A program made the position numbers and the translations under genes. The notes beneath the pieces were generated by a model. It saw only the letters and a program-made list of their open reading frames with translations, did not search any database and was not told where the DNA came from. Positions 12,872 through 25,751 of a stretch of DNA of 64,000 nucleotides are shown here, piece by piece. The DNA is from Cenococcum geophilum (lineage: Eukaryota): assembly GCA_050273025.1 (NCBI GenBank), contig CP158636.1, positions 1,364,001 through 1,428,000 on the forward strand, written 5' to 3'. How positions within the stretch are numbered: position 1 is the stretch's first letter; every line of letters begins with the position of its first letter.

Positions 12872-15800
12872 TGTTAGTCACACAGGGTGACTCACTAATA
12901 ACGACTACTCGAGTAGGGTTATAGTGATGTTGGTTGATAAAGCTTGTTGATTAGAATTAGGGGGTGGGTGAGGAACCTAAGGTTCCTCACCACGCTAGTG
13001 CCGCGGCGACACGTGACGACACGTGACGACCGCTTGCCTCATTCCCAACACTGGCAACTCTTCTTTTATAGTTGCCATCTATATATACTTGTAGATTACT
13101 ACTATATAAAGATACAAAGCTAAGGAGAAGAAGAAGAAGAAATGAAGGGGAAGAGGTAGCGTAGGTAGATGTACGGGTTTGTGCGAAGATGTTAGTTCCG
13201 CTTACCGCTCTTAGCCGAGCTAATGGCGATTTTCCATCCCGGGGATGGAAAATCCTAATTAGCTAGCTTAATAAATAGCGTTAGCAGAACTCTATACCGC
13301 CACCCAAATTGATTAGGCGCGGCGCTTTTAGTAAGAATCTAACTAATTAGATAACTTTAACCGGCGGTCGAAGTTCTATAAAATCTTAACTTTTTTAAAT
13401 TTCCCTCTTAACCTAACCTTTAACTTATATATATAGAGTATTTGTGTTAACGAACATCTCTAGTGCCTTGTTTAGGTTTGCCTTTATTATTATATCTACT
13501 AGGTTATCTTGGCTATTAATCTATTAAATCTTAAAGAGTTCTTAATACTTATAGGACTGCTAAAGTGCCATAATATCGATTATAAGGCGCTTTTCCTTTA
13601 TGGTACTAAGCTTAACTAAACACTTATAGAGGGAATATAAGTCGGTGTATACGATTATAGGGATAATAAGAAGTTTGAGTTAATCTATAATTATCTTAAG
13701 GGTAGTTCTAATTATAATTGCTATATTAACTCTATTAACCATTCTATATATCTCTAACGCTAAAACGCTTTAAGTAACGCGTTTACTCTTAGTTAAGCTC
13801 TAATAGATAAGATTGCCGTGGATTATAAAGTTATTCTCTCCGGTAGATTTATTTGCTATAATAATCTTATATCCTAGCTGGGAGCTAAAATCTTTATTGT
13901 TTATGAATGATCTATTAATAAATATAAATAGCTTAGTGGTAGGAAGATTAATAGGCATGTAGAGTAGTCCCTGATTGAGATGGTTTATTTGCTAGGAAAG
14001 ACGCTTATTTAGGTTAAAAACATTATCCTTAGTTGGTTTCTGGTGTTAGGCGGCAATAGAGAGATTAAAGGAAGCTTTAGGTTAATAGATAGAAGCTATA
14101 TAAGCTCCGCGAGCGCGTTGCTCTATATATCCTTGCTTTAAAGAATTAACGTTAATAACGTTAATCTTCTTGCCTTAACCTTTCTGGCGTAGGGTAATGG
14201 AATCCTTGTTTAGGGAAATAATATATCTATTAAAGAGTAATAGTATTATTAAATTAAGTCTTTCCTTTAGCTTTGCTATAAGGTTTGCCTTTACTAGCTT
14301 ATCTTCTTTAAGAGCTAAGAATTAGTCGTCTCCTAAGATAATTATATCGTTTATTTATATGCCGACGATTTTAAATAGAGTTTCTATAGCTGTGATGAGG
14401 AAGCAGGGATTAAATATAGAAGTAGTTATTAAAAGCTTCTCTTTATAGTGCTTGTTGTAAGTAGCCTACTAATAAGTTCCTGCCTCTGCGATTTTATATA
14501 GTGGCTTAAGTATAACTATAATCGTATCTTCGGGATATTAGTGGCGAATTTGCTCTAGAAGGTATGCTAGTATTAAGCGCTAAAGGCGTGTCTCTAATTG
14601 GGTATAGGCTTGGGTAATATCTTATAAATAAACCGCTATTCTATTCTTTATTAAGGAGGGAGCTAGCGTAATAATAACTTGCTAACTAGCTTGTTAAATT
14701 ATAGGGGATTACATAAGAATTACTTTCTTACTATTGTTGTTATAACCTTAAATAATTAGCCTTAACTTCTTAAATAGGGTATTAGTAGCTTTGCCTTTAA
14801 TCTTATTAACTATTCTTAACCTAAATATACGAACCCTATTAAACTTAGTAGGGTTATACTTTTTAAACTTAAAGACTTCTCTTATAATAAGACCGTTAAT
14901 CTTCTGCTTATTAGATGCTTAGAAAGGAGCTCCTAGAGTTATAATATGGCCTTCCTTTTAGAGCTATTTTGCGAGCTTAAAGTTAGCCTTCTCTTTAGCT
15001 GTTATAAAGGCCATTAACAGCTTAACTCTATTCTTAATGGCGGTAATAAGTTGCTCTTTAAAATTAATAAGGTGTTAGCGGTTTCGTAATCCCTTCAGGC
15101 GACCTCTACCGCGTTATAGTTGCGGCGTATCTACTATAGTTGTATTAGGGTTATAGTCGCCTTTTAGGGCACATTAATCGTGGTTCTCCTCTAGGGCATC
15201 TTCTAGGGTATCTTCTAGGGTATCCTATAAAGGCTTGGAACTGTTATCTTTATAGTAAGGCTTAATAACAGTTAAACGGAATTAAGTAGGTCTATAGGGC
15301 ATCTAAAGAGTATAAGTCTAACCATTAATTGTAATAAGTTTATGTGGGCCTAACTATTTTCCCTTTTTACGCTATACGCGTACCTTAGATTGGAGTGGCA
15401 GATTAAGCGTAGTTAAGGTGTTTGGGCCATTTCTTATTCCTAATACGTCGTTAACCTAGCGCGTAGCGTAGAGACGTTATACCTTCTTTATTACCTTATA
15501 AATCGCCTTAGCTTATTATATAATAGAGGGAGATAGTGGAGAATCGTTAGTTATTTAAGGGTAGGCGCTAAAGACTAGTAATATAGGTACGAGCCTATTT
15601 GGGCCAGCGGTATTATTAATAGCCTTAACAGCCATTTATAGAATAAGCTCTTTACTAGTACCCTCTAGTTTTAAAGAAATAATCTTATATGCGCGGCGTA
15701 ATGGCATATAGTATCGTTCTACTTTTTTAATACTATTATATGCCTTAACGGGGACTTCCTTAACCTTAATTGTTATTGCCTTTACCTATTATTAAAACTC

Positions 15801-18800
15801 TGTAGATAAGAAGTTCTTTCCTATATTATAAATGATTTAATTAGGGGGTCCTAGGTAGATATTAATCTAGCATAATTAAAGAGTATCCTATATATTCTTA
15901 GCTGATATATCTTTTAAAAAGCGTGCGGCTTAAAAGGAGGTTAAGAAGTTAATAACTTAGAGTACTGGCTTGCCGCTAAGATATATAACATCCATAATAA
16001 TATAGAAGTTAAAGTTATAGTTGTCTTTAAGGGTAAACTTAAATCAGCTAGGGGACTTCTAGTTTATTTAGTAGTAATAGCAGTACTTTATAAGATGTTT
16101 AATCACCTTAACCTTAACTTTATAACCTGCTTATTAAAGAACTCTAAGCAGTTAGTAAATAGATAGGTGGCTAAAATAACGATATAGTTAATGTAGCTCT
16201 AACTTAGTTAAGTAACTTTAAGCAACGCTTTTTTCTAGCTATTAAAGGAGCAACTAAGGGTAACCCTACTTACGTATAACGGGCACCCGATTATCTCCCT
16301 AAATAAGTATATTCTTAAGGTTGTTAAGCTTAACGCCTAATTTGTTTATATCTTAGATATAAAATAGAAATGGGGTATTTGCGGGAATAATATAGAAAGT
16401 AATATATCCTAATGGGGTTTGGACCTTAATTGTGCTAAGAGAGATTATAGTACCCTTACTAAAGCAAATTGTATATTAGCCTGCCGTTAATTGGTTAATC
16501 TAGATAGAACTATTAAGCTACTAAAGAGCTTAGACTTAAGGTTCTCCTATTATAGATATTTCTGTAGCTCTAGTATCTGGTATAATACTATAAAAAACAT
16601 TTGCCGAGTATCTATCATTAAAGGAGAACGCAGAACTTTCCTTTAGCTTATTAAAGATATCTAACCTTATAATAGAATAGAGCATAGATTGGTTATTAAG
16701 GATAGTAATAGTTTGTGCGCTATTTACCTTACTATACTTAATAAAGTATTAGTTAGGAGAGTAGTCCTTAATTTCTATATCTATAAGGAGCTATTTAGCC
16801 TCGTTAATCTTACCCTTAAGATCTTCTTTACCTTTATATTAAACCAGGAAGCTTTAGAAGTAGGCTATAGTGACTTTTTAGTTTCTAACGTTTTGTGCGC
16901 TTTGGCGAAACTTATTATATACCTCCTTTTATCTATTAAGGGGGTGTCTAGTTAACTAGCAATTTGGCTTCTTATAAACATAGCATTTCTTCTACTAATT
17001 ATTACGAAATAAACCTCTATAAGGACCTCTACGATTGCTTTATAGTTAACGTTAATTATACCCTCTACTGTATCCCCTGCCACAACCACTATATATTTAA
17101 TTAGTCCAGTTGTAATTATATTAGTTAGCTGGGTTAATTAAAGTAGGTTAGAGTTAGGCGTTAAATTGCTATACTTTTTAAAAGCATAGAGTGGTGCTAA
17201 TAGAGAATCTTAATTAAGTATATACTCCTTCGTAAGTACTTACAAAGTTAAAGAGAGTAAGGTTATATTCTTTAATACCTTAGTATACGCTAATAACTTA
17301 ATTACGTAGGCTGAAGTCCTTTTAATATAATTCGGATAAACCACGCTAAATTGTCTAGAGTTAATTAAAGAGCTTTTAAAGATAATCAAGTTAAGAGGCA
17401 CCTGGGTTTATAGTAATAATTTTTAGGAAGGTAGTCTCTCTCTACTCTAATATATACTACTGCTTATTCTCCTTTATTTTAAAGTAGTATCTTATTTTAT
17501 ATATTATTTAGTTAAAATCGTATCCTTTTTCTGCTAAACGATTATAATAGAAGGTACTAGCTTGGCCCTTAAGCATGACTAAATAAGTAATGTGGTATTA
17601 ATTGGGTTCTAGTCTAACCTTCTAGCAATAGTTATAGAAGATGCGTAACTTTAAATTAAGGATATTATATAGTTCTCCGCTAAACTTCTTCTCCTGTTCT
17701 AAATAGAGCTTTATAAGCTCTATAAGCATTTTTAAGGTGCCTCTAATTGGTATTTAGCTGCATTATATTATAGGCTGCGATAGTAACATAGATCTAGTCG
17801 GCGGAGTTTAAAGGTTATTAGACCGCGAAGCAAGGGGATCTTGCGCTTATTAGGGGTTATTAATTAAGGCTATAGGTTAAGCTGGTTAATATAGGGGAGT
17901 TAAAGATAGAGGTGGAGGCAATGGATATGGAATATTAGAACTCGTGCCTAGAGCGATAGAGTTAGAACGCGTCTCTAGTAGTGTATTACTTAGGTTCCAT
18001 TGTAATTTAAGCTTCTTTATAGTGCGTAGTTGGTGCTTAATCTCTTATAGAGTCTATTTATACTCTTCCTTTATATTAATAACGTGTTCCTAAATATTGT
18101 CCCTAATACTACCCCTATCTATAGGGATAAATACTCTATACTCCCAAAGGAAGTTACGGAAGTCCTATATGATATCTTTATTTATAGGAACCTATATTTC
18201 CTTTATCTATTTAATAAAGTCCTCCTTTATATAATACCATAGCGCGGTATTATCGTATTCGCTATCTTTATAGTGTTCTATACGGTATACTAAGAATCTA
18301 TTTAGGTCCTATTGCTTAGCGGTTACAAAGTTAGTTATAGCTCTATCCTATATCTCCGGGTTAATGTCTTTCTTATACTTCTTTGGATAGGTTAACGCTA
18401 TAGTAGGTAGAATTAACGAGGTGTTGTACGTTAAAGGTAGGCAGGATTTTCGGTTTTATAGGATCTCGTAGGTTTGCTGTCTAAAGGTAGGCAATTTAAG
18501 ATGTTGTTCGACGCGTTTCGGACGTCGACTTAGGACCTTAGGTTTAGTAACACTTCTAACCTAAAGTACTTAACTAAATCTTCGTAAATGCGGTTATTCT
18601 GCGTAATAGACGCAACTTAGTATCTCCTAGTACTTAGTGACACTTCTATTACTAGTTTTTCGCAAGTCTAAGGTAGTATAGTATTGCCGGGATCCATTCC
18701 ATATAAGCGCATATGGCACCCCTATACAAGACTATCTCTTTTGTTCAAAAACCTAGCTGCTCTATAGTTAACTGTATATTTAACCACTAATCAGTGTTGG

Positions 18801-18973
18801 TTATACAGGGTGACTCACTAATAACGACTACTTAAGTAGGGTTACAGTGATGTTGGTTGATAAAGCTTGTTGATTAGAATTAGGGGGTGGGTGAGGAACC
18901 TAAGGTTCCTCACCACGCTAGTGCCGCGGCGACACGTGACGATACGTGACGACCGCTTGCCTTATTCCTGACA
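12872..18973 (-). mobile_element. Ty1/Copia (GalEa-like) LTR retrotransposon 1, full length, RIPed, nested in Gypsy B copy 1
   Basis: 179-bp LTRs at 12872-13050 and 18795-18973; TSD CTTAG at 12867-12871 and 18974-18978; minus-strand domain order PR (PDTGA ~16570), IN, RT (GM.TDD ~14350), RNase H (RRLMID ~13575-13595); CTGATTAGT after the 5' LTR. Confidence 0.93.
13186..13390 (-). other. Structured ~205-nt 3' UTR element, Copia 1 copy
   Basis: Reverse complement of 22888-23092, about 80% identical by eye; hairpins at 13228-13254 and 13353-13375. Confidence 0.8.
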
Positions 18974-21900
18974 CTTAGTATTAAACTCTTAATCTTTAGT
19001 CTAAACGTCTTGTCCTATTAGTAAGTCCTTTAGGTTTATATATTTGTCTCTTAATCTAACTGCTATTTATATTATAGATTCTCTAATCTATAGCGAAGCC
19101 GCTTACTTCTTACTTATAGGTGTCTTTATTCGTACTCCGAATTCTTAACCCCTTAGATTCTTTAATCCTAAGCTAACTTCTAACTTAAGTCTAGCTCCCG
19201 CCTTAGTCCAACTAGGCGTCTATAGTATTCTCATCTTATCTTAAGAGTCTTAAATCTTACTTATCTTATCTTAAGAATCTTATACCGTTGGGAATACTTG
19301 TCCCAAGCTTATTTATATATTCTTAAACTAAGCTACTGCCCTACTCCATCGGTTTTCGTCCGTTATAGGTCTTTAGGTATACCTTATCTCATCTTAAGAA
19401 TCTTAGTTATCTCTTATCTTATCTTAAGAATCTTAAGCCTTTAGCCTTTTGCCTTTATTAAGTAGTAAGCTAGCACTAGCAGTCGTCTACTTACTTAATC
19501 GTCCTTAGATATTACTCCTTCCGTCTTATAAAGTAATAGATGCCGTATTTAACGGTATTATAATACCCGTTACTAAACCTTACTCTATAGCGGTCTTAGT
19601 CTCTACTTCTATTGCGTTATTAAGGTTTAGATACCCCTAGTTAGTTCCTTTACTATCCTTATCGCTATTAATTAATAAGTACTCTAACTCTATTATTATT
19701 ATAGCTAATCTTTATCCGCATATTACTGTAATATCTTAATTTAGCTTATAGAGTCGATCTTATTCTTTGTCTAACTCTATAGTTCCTTTAAGTCCTTTTA
19801 ACTCTAGCTCTTATAGCTAATAGCTTATACTATACTTAGCGTCTTTATAAATTTGGTATACATTATTATAATAAAACGCGAAACTTCTAATTAAACATTC
19901 TTTTATTCCTTATAGTATACTATTATCCCTCTATACGTATATATTATATACTATTAGTCTAGTTCCCTTTACTACGTAGTAACTCTAACTACTTCTATAG
20001 TCTCTAGCGAAATAACCCTATTTCCCGCAATTTATATAAGCTCTATTTTTAAACTATTGCTTTTGTTATAGAGTCCGCTTAAATATCTTCTGCTACTAAG
20101 ATCCTTGGTTTAGCCTATGCTCTTTAGTCCTATAATTACTCGATCCTTAACCTCTAGGTTTTTATAGTTTCTTACTCCATTTCTTATAGGTTTCTTTAGT
20201 ACTACTTAGGTTTATTAGCTCTACGCCATACTATAGTTTCTAACTTAGCTTTAGTTATTACGTACTCTACGTTTTATATAACTATAAAACTCTATCCTAA
20301 CCTTTCTTAGTCTGTTCCCTTTAAAAGATCCTATTATTAATCTTAATCACTTAATCTATTAATTCCTTTAGGGTATCCGTATCTTCTATTAGAATAATTA
20401 TATCCTAGACTTTAGCCTTAAGTCCTTATTTATACTATACCATAAGCGCCCTATTATTCCACTTAACTTATATTACTAACGTTTAGAACTACGTTATATA
20501 TTTAATGGCTAAGGTTTATTATATAATATCTTAGAGTTTTCTTTCCGCTATAGTCGTTGCCTTTAGGTCTCTAAACATCTATATAAGTTGCTCTATAAAT
20601 CCATTCTAGCTTAAAAACATAAACCGTACTTCTTAGTTCGTTATTATTATTCCGTTCGCTTGTATCTCTATAAGGTAAGGCTTAAACTATTTAAGTACTC
20701 TTCCTAATAAGAATAATCCTGCATACGCTATTTAATCCATAGGTATTACTAGCTTTGCTCCCTCTTACGTAACCTTAAAGTGCATTTATATAAGGAATCC
20801 TTTAAGCTTTAATCTTTCTCCTAAGAATCTTTTAATTAATAGTAACTTAACCTTTACTGCTCCTATCCCGTTAATCTTTTATTTAAGTGCCGTATTATTT
20901 TCCGTTAGTTAGTTAACTATTTCCTATAATTGCCCTATTATCACAGGCTGTTGCGAGTTAGTGTCTGCTATACTAGTGTCGTTACCTAATCTTAAAGTAG
21001 TTGCCGCCGTTAATGGCGTTATAGTGGCTGCTTTTAGTGGCATGTTATTTAACTTATTAAAACTATAACTATAGTAGTAATTATATAACGAAGCCTTGTA
21101 GTAAATACTACGGTGGACTTATTAATGGGCTAGGTATATAGGTATTAAATAAAGTTAATAACGTAATAACAACTAGTGGAGTGGTTGCCTAATAAATTAA
21201 CTCTAATTATATTCTAAGAATTACTATAAGGAAGGAACTATCTAGGTAGGGATTAAAGGTCCTTAAATATACAACCGTACTTCTATAAAATCCTTCTTAT
21301 ACGTGATATACGGGTTATATATAAGGTACGTAAGTTTCTCTCGTTCCTCTCGTTTAACACGTAGTATATCATATAACCTTAGTTACCATTCCTCGTCACA
21401 TAGTTCCACCGGTTCCATACTAGACCGTACTCTTATTAACTAACTAGCTTCTTCCGACTCTTCTCTAAGTAGTTATAACATCGTACTTAAAGCGTCCGTA
21501 ACAGCCCCGCTAGTTACCCCGGCCGGGTTAAAACTCTTAACCTCTTAAACTAAACATACTAGTGGCTAGGAATCTCCTAGTTCACGGCTACCTTTATTAA
21601 AGACTATACCCTATACTTTTGCACTAAAACCCCCCATTCTGCCCCGCCCGGTTTCCTAAAGCCACTAAAATTACCCGCTCGCCTGTAAACTAATATCTTA
21701 ATTAACTATATTATAACACTACTAGTATACTAACGCTATAATAAGGCATATAAATATATCCTTATTATTGTGGACCGCCTAACTAAAATATAATACCTTG
21801 TTCTAATAATAGGACTCTTAACAGAGGAGTTAGTTAATAGCTTTGTTAATAATGTATATAAGCTCTACAGTATATTAAGCACAATTATCTCCAATTACGG

Positions 21901-22887
21901 TATATAATTTGTTAGCGACTTCTAATAATAACTAAGTAAACGCCTTAAGACAACCTTATAACTAAGCTTAGCCTAGCACCTAAAAACGGACGGCCAAACC
22001 GAAATTATTAACGCCGCCGTAAATAAATACCTTTATGCTTTTGTTAGCTTTATATAGAACAACTAGGTTAACTACCTACCGCTTACTAAGTTTACTATAA
22101 ATAACCAAGTTAACGAGAGTATAGGCATCTCCCCGTTTTTTATAAACTATAGCTTTAACCCTCACCTTAAAATTAAGCCTACTAGCCCCTACCTACTAAC
22201 ACTATTAGCATAAGCAAAGAAGGAGTTCTTCTGCGTAGACTCTATAGCTAACCGCTTTAAGCGGATATTAATATAGCTTAAGGCCCTAGCCCGGATTTTA
22301 TAGTAACGCTATAAAGATAATACTAATACCTATAGGGATAAGAGCGCGTTATTCTACGAAGGTGATATAGTTATAGTTAGTTTAGAAAATATAAAAACAA
22401 ATAAACTTAAGAAGAAATAGGACGATAAATAGGACGGCCTATACCCCGTACTCGCAGTATACTAAGGGGTAGTTATAGTAGACCTCCTAGACTATATTTA
22501 AGTAAATAAATCCTTTTATATATCCAAGGTCCGCCTTTAGGCTGCTAAAGAGATCCCTAGCTAAGCAAATATTAATACTATAAAGCGCCGTAATATATAA
22601 GGACGAGTAGTAGAGAGAGATAATAATAGTAATATAGAAGATAAATAGGAGTTTAAGAAAATCCTTAATGTATATAACGAAGACCCCTAGGGCCTAACTT
22701 ATAAGATTAAATAAAAATATTATAAGGATATAACCTAGCAGCTAGAGGAAGACCTAAAGGGTTGCGAATAAGCTGTATAGCGCTTTTATAAGTAATACCC
22801 TAAGAAGCTAGGACCCCTAGACTGGGTATAAGATAAGGAAAAGTTATGCTAAGGTCGCGGCCGACTACCGCATTAAAATTTATAGTG

Positions 22888-23092
22888 GTTAAGATGTTAT
22901 AGAACTTTAACTAGCGGTTAAAGTTGTCTAATTGGCTAAATTCTTGCTAAGAAACGCTATACGGACTAATTTAGGTGGCGGTGTAGAGTTCTGCCGACCT
23001 TACTTACTAAACTAACCAATTAGGATTTTCTATGCCCGGTATAGAAAATCGCCATTAGCTTAGTTAAGGGCGGTAAGCGGAACTAATATCTT
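22888..23092 (+). other. Structured ~205-nt 3' UTR element, Gypsy A copy
   Basis: Colinear with the reverse complement of 13186-13390; hairpins at 22903-22925 and 23024-23050; lies between the pol stop and the PPT. Confidence 0.8.
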
Positions 23093-23181
23093 TATAGTAG
23101 AAAATAGGCAACCCTATATACTGCCTATTTTTAAGTTATTTATTTAGTTTAGGGACCAAACTATCTGGGGAAGAGGAGTAC

Positions 23182-23368
23182 TATTATAGCACTGACCTAA
23201 CGCATACTGTTTTATACTATCTCGTACTGTTCCCTATTGTTAGCTAGCCTACCACTAGCGACTTAGCGGCCGGCCCTACTATTTGTATACAATACCCCCT
23301 TTCTACCTTCTTCCCCTCTTTATACCACAACGTAGTTATTTAGTTTACTTTATTGCAGCACTGTAATA
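23182..23368 (+). repeat. 3' LTR of Gypsy A (inferred)
   Basis: Follows the PPT. The ends TATTA...TAATA read as RIPed TGTTA...TAACA. The partner LTR is not in the window. Confidence 0.6.
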
Positions 23369-23900
23369 TATAGGAAAGAATGTTACTTAGACTAGAGAAT
23401 ATTAAAAAAACTAAGTGTTTAAAAAGCTAGTATAGAAGTGGTATCTTAAAAGGGTAGAAACAAACCTCTATATAAGGTAATATTTAAAAAGGCTTCTAAG
23501 AATAGTTTTTGCAACTTTAAGTTGCTAGCAGGCAACTTCTAACGCTAAGGACGGCAAAAAACAGCAGGGTAGGTGGAAACGAGGTATTACGGGTGAGCTC
23601 CGTGACAGCTATATATATATAGATTAGTATAAATACTTAGGCAAGGGTCTTATTAATAAAATAGCTATGGCTTAACTGTGGCTTAACGATTATCGCGATT
23701 CTACGCACGATTCTTAGCGATTACGATTATTTTATCGATAAGAATCCCGTGATCGTTAAGACCCCTGGTTGCACCTGCCTAAATTGGGTTAGAGAATGAG
23801 AGCTCTAAGAGCTTCGCGGTTTCAAATCCATTCCATCCAATTAATTAAATTGACAAGATCCAGTCCGGTTAAATTACAGCTCCACCATGGAGATCCAGGA

Positions 23901-24621
23901 CTAACCCAGTCCAAAAAGATCACTAAGCCTAGGTTTGAGTGTCTTTGTCGGCTTGCGCTTGCGCGGCGGCTTTTTTGCCGTCTTCCACCTCTGTGTGTTT
24001 TTTCTCCTCCGCAGCCTTCTTCGATACGGCAGCATCGATAGGTGGTGCGCCGATAAGCAGGGCCTTTTTGTGGACGGTCCTAAGCTAATCGTATGTTAGT
24101 GTGTCTGCGAGACTTATCCACTCCTGGTCTGTGGGAACGCGGCAAAGTTCCAGAACGAGATCGTGCCCGGGGTGACAATTTCACGTCGTATCTGACGGGA
24201 CAAGGTAGACGCCATAGCAGACGTCGCCAGCACATCCAGCGGGGTGATAATCCGGATCGTCGCTAGAGACGTAGATATGCGAGCTTAGCCTCCGCTTGCT
24301 AGGCGATCGCAATTGACATTGGATATGTCGTACCATATATTGAACTCTTCAAACTTGTATTCCATCTGTACGATGGCACCGGCGGCGATTCGAGGCTCTT
24401 CGCTGATCTTTAGGCATACGGATCCATCCTTAAAGAACTAGAAGCCGTCGGAACTAGATTTACCTGGTTCTATCGTGTTGTACGCTGAGTCTGGAACATC
24501 AACGGCGTGGTGGACGGTGTAGACATAGGCAGGGTATGAGCAGGAATTTCTGATCATCTGGTTGATGGCATTGACGGAGGCCACGGAAGGCCACCACGAT
24601 GTAGCGAGGTAAGTTGAACAT
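23901..24621 (-). pseudogene. BYS1-domain-like small secreted protein pseudogene
   Basis: Signal-like MFNLPRYIVVAF/VASVNA, then RNSCSYPAYVY...GSVCLKIS...IVQMEYKF...IWYDISNVNC...GCAGDVCYGVYLVPSD...CHPGHDLVLELC. Two frameshifts and in-frame stops. Family recognised from motifs only; 3' end uncertain. Confidence 0.62.
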
Positions 24622-25751
24622 CTTGGCAGATTGGAAGATGTGAAGGAGTTTCAGCTGGGAGTGCGTAGAGAGAAAGGAATCGATGTTCGAGCTTATTATA
24701 GCACAAGCGGGAAGTGGATGAGAGAGGCTGTGCGGGTAGAAACCAAAAACATATATTGAAAGTTGGAGTACGGTACCATGTATAGAGTTCACGTTAGCAC
24801 CGGCCGTGGAGTTCAATATGACCCACCTAGGGCAACCTAAGTTTGATAACTAAGAGTTTCCCCTTGAAGCTCGCTAGGAGTATTATTTAATGAATTCTTA
24901 GATACAAGTTATGTGTAACGTCCACTAGGCTAAGCCATAGTTGGAAGACAATCTTTGGTGATTTAACGATGGAGGGGTTTCACATTACTGATTTAGAGTT
25001 AATATACACCTTCTACGGGTGGTTTAGAAATGATCTGCGATACACACTTAAAAGAACAAGCAAAATGCTATTATAGCCAAAATTCGGCGGTCTTCCCATT
25101 GCTTCTTATTAGGATAGTTTGCGTATTGGCTGAAATTTTGACTATTTCACCGGAGACTCGCATTCGTATTTGACCTTGGCATATTTCTTTGCCTCCCAAA
25201 TGGGAATAGTGAGTTTATTCTTCTAGGAAGAAGGTAAGATTCTAAAACGGAAAATGAAAGGATTATTAAGATAACCTGCAAAACTAAAATTGCTGGCGTA
25301 ATCTGGAGGTCTATGGGCTTTTCCTGTATATAGAAATTTCGTTTCTCAAGCATTACCCTACTGTTAGTTATTTTTATTTTATTACAAAATTCAGGAACGA
25401 CAACTCGCACGTTCTTTAAAGTTTGAGCTATGGTCTAAACGGAGAGCAAGGTAACCCTGCAAAGATGAAGGCGTAATGGAGAAGGATGAAGTATTAGGCA
25501 TATGGTTGACTACCGCGCTTAGCTGCAGCTTCGAGTAGAATTAAAAGTGACTAGATAGTAAATAGTGTGATGATATATTTGAGTTGTGAAGTAGATCATG
25601 GTATATAGAAGTGTGTTGCTCTTCTAATGTTGATGTGAGGTTGACGTTATTATTATTGGACGGGTGCTGGCTGACAAATGGATTAAAGCAGTTCTTTGGT
25701 TCACGTTCTTCTGCACTTAAACCCCTTCTCTTAAGACCGAATGCCCGAGTA

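Larger units (their letters stand above)
4668..21503 (-). mobile_element. Ty3/Gypsy chromovirus family B, copy 1 (full length, RIPed), nested in Gypsy A
   Basis: 420-bp LTRs at 4668-5087 and 21084-21503; TSD GCCCC at 4663-4667 and 21504-21508; minus-strand PPT at 5088-5110; gag ATG 21043; knuckle C..CGK.GHFARDC ~20000-20045; RT YLDDII ~10805-10830; integrase and chromodomain toward ~5800. Confidence 0.95.
1..23368 (+). mobile_element. Ty3/Gypsy chromovirus LTR retrotransposon family A; RIP-degenerate, 5' end outside window, interrupted at 4668-21503
   Basis: De-RIPed motifs in order: gag zinc knuckle ~1035-1078, protease SLVDS ~1660-1680, RT (LPPHR.WDHKI ~2945; YLDDVLI ~3455-3478), RNase H ~3890-4250, integrase resuming at 21509 (GHPG; HP.TDGQTE ~21975-22003), chromodomain ~22640-22800, PPT GGGGAAGAGGAG 23167-23178, then the 3' LTR. 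Confidence 0.92.

Noticed and set aside
23682..23766. Short inverted repeats (CTTAACGAT/ATCGTTAAG) and an 11-bp inverted match to 27814-27824
   Set aside because: Too short and no TSD; it may be a transposon-end relic but cannot define an element.
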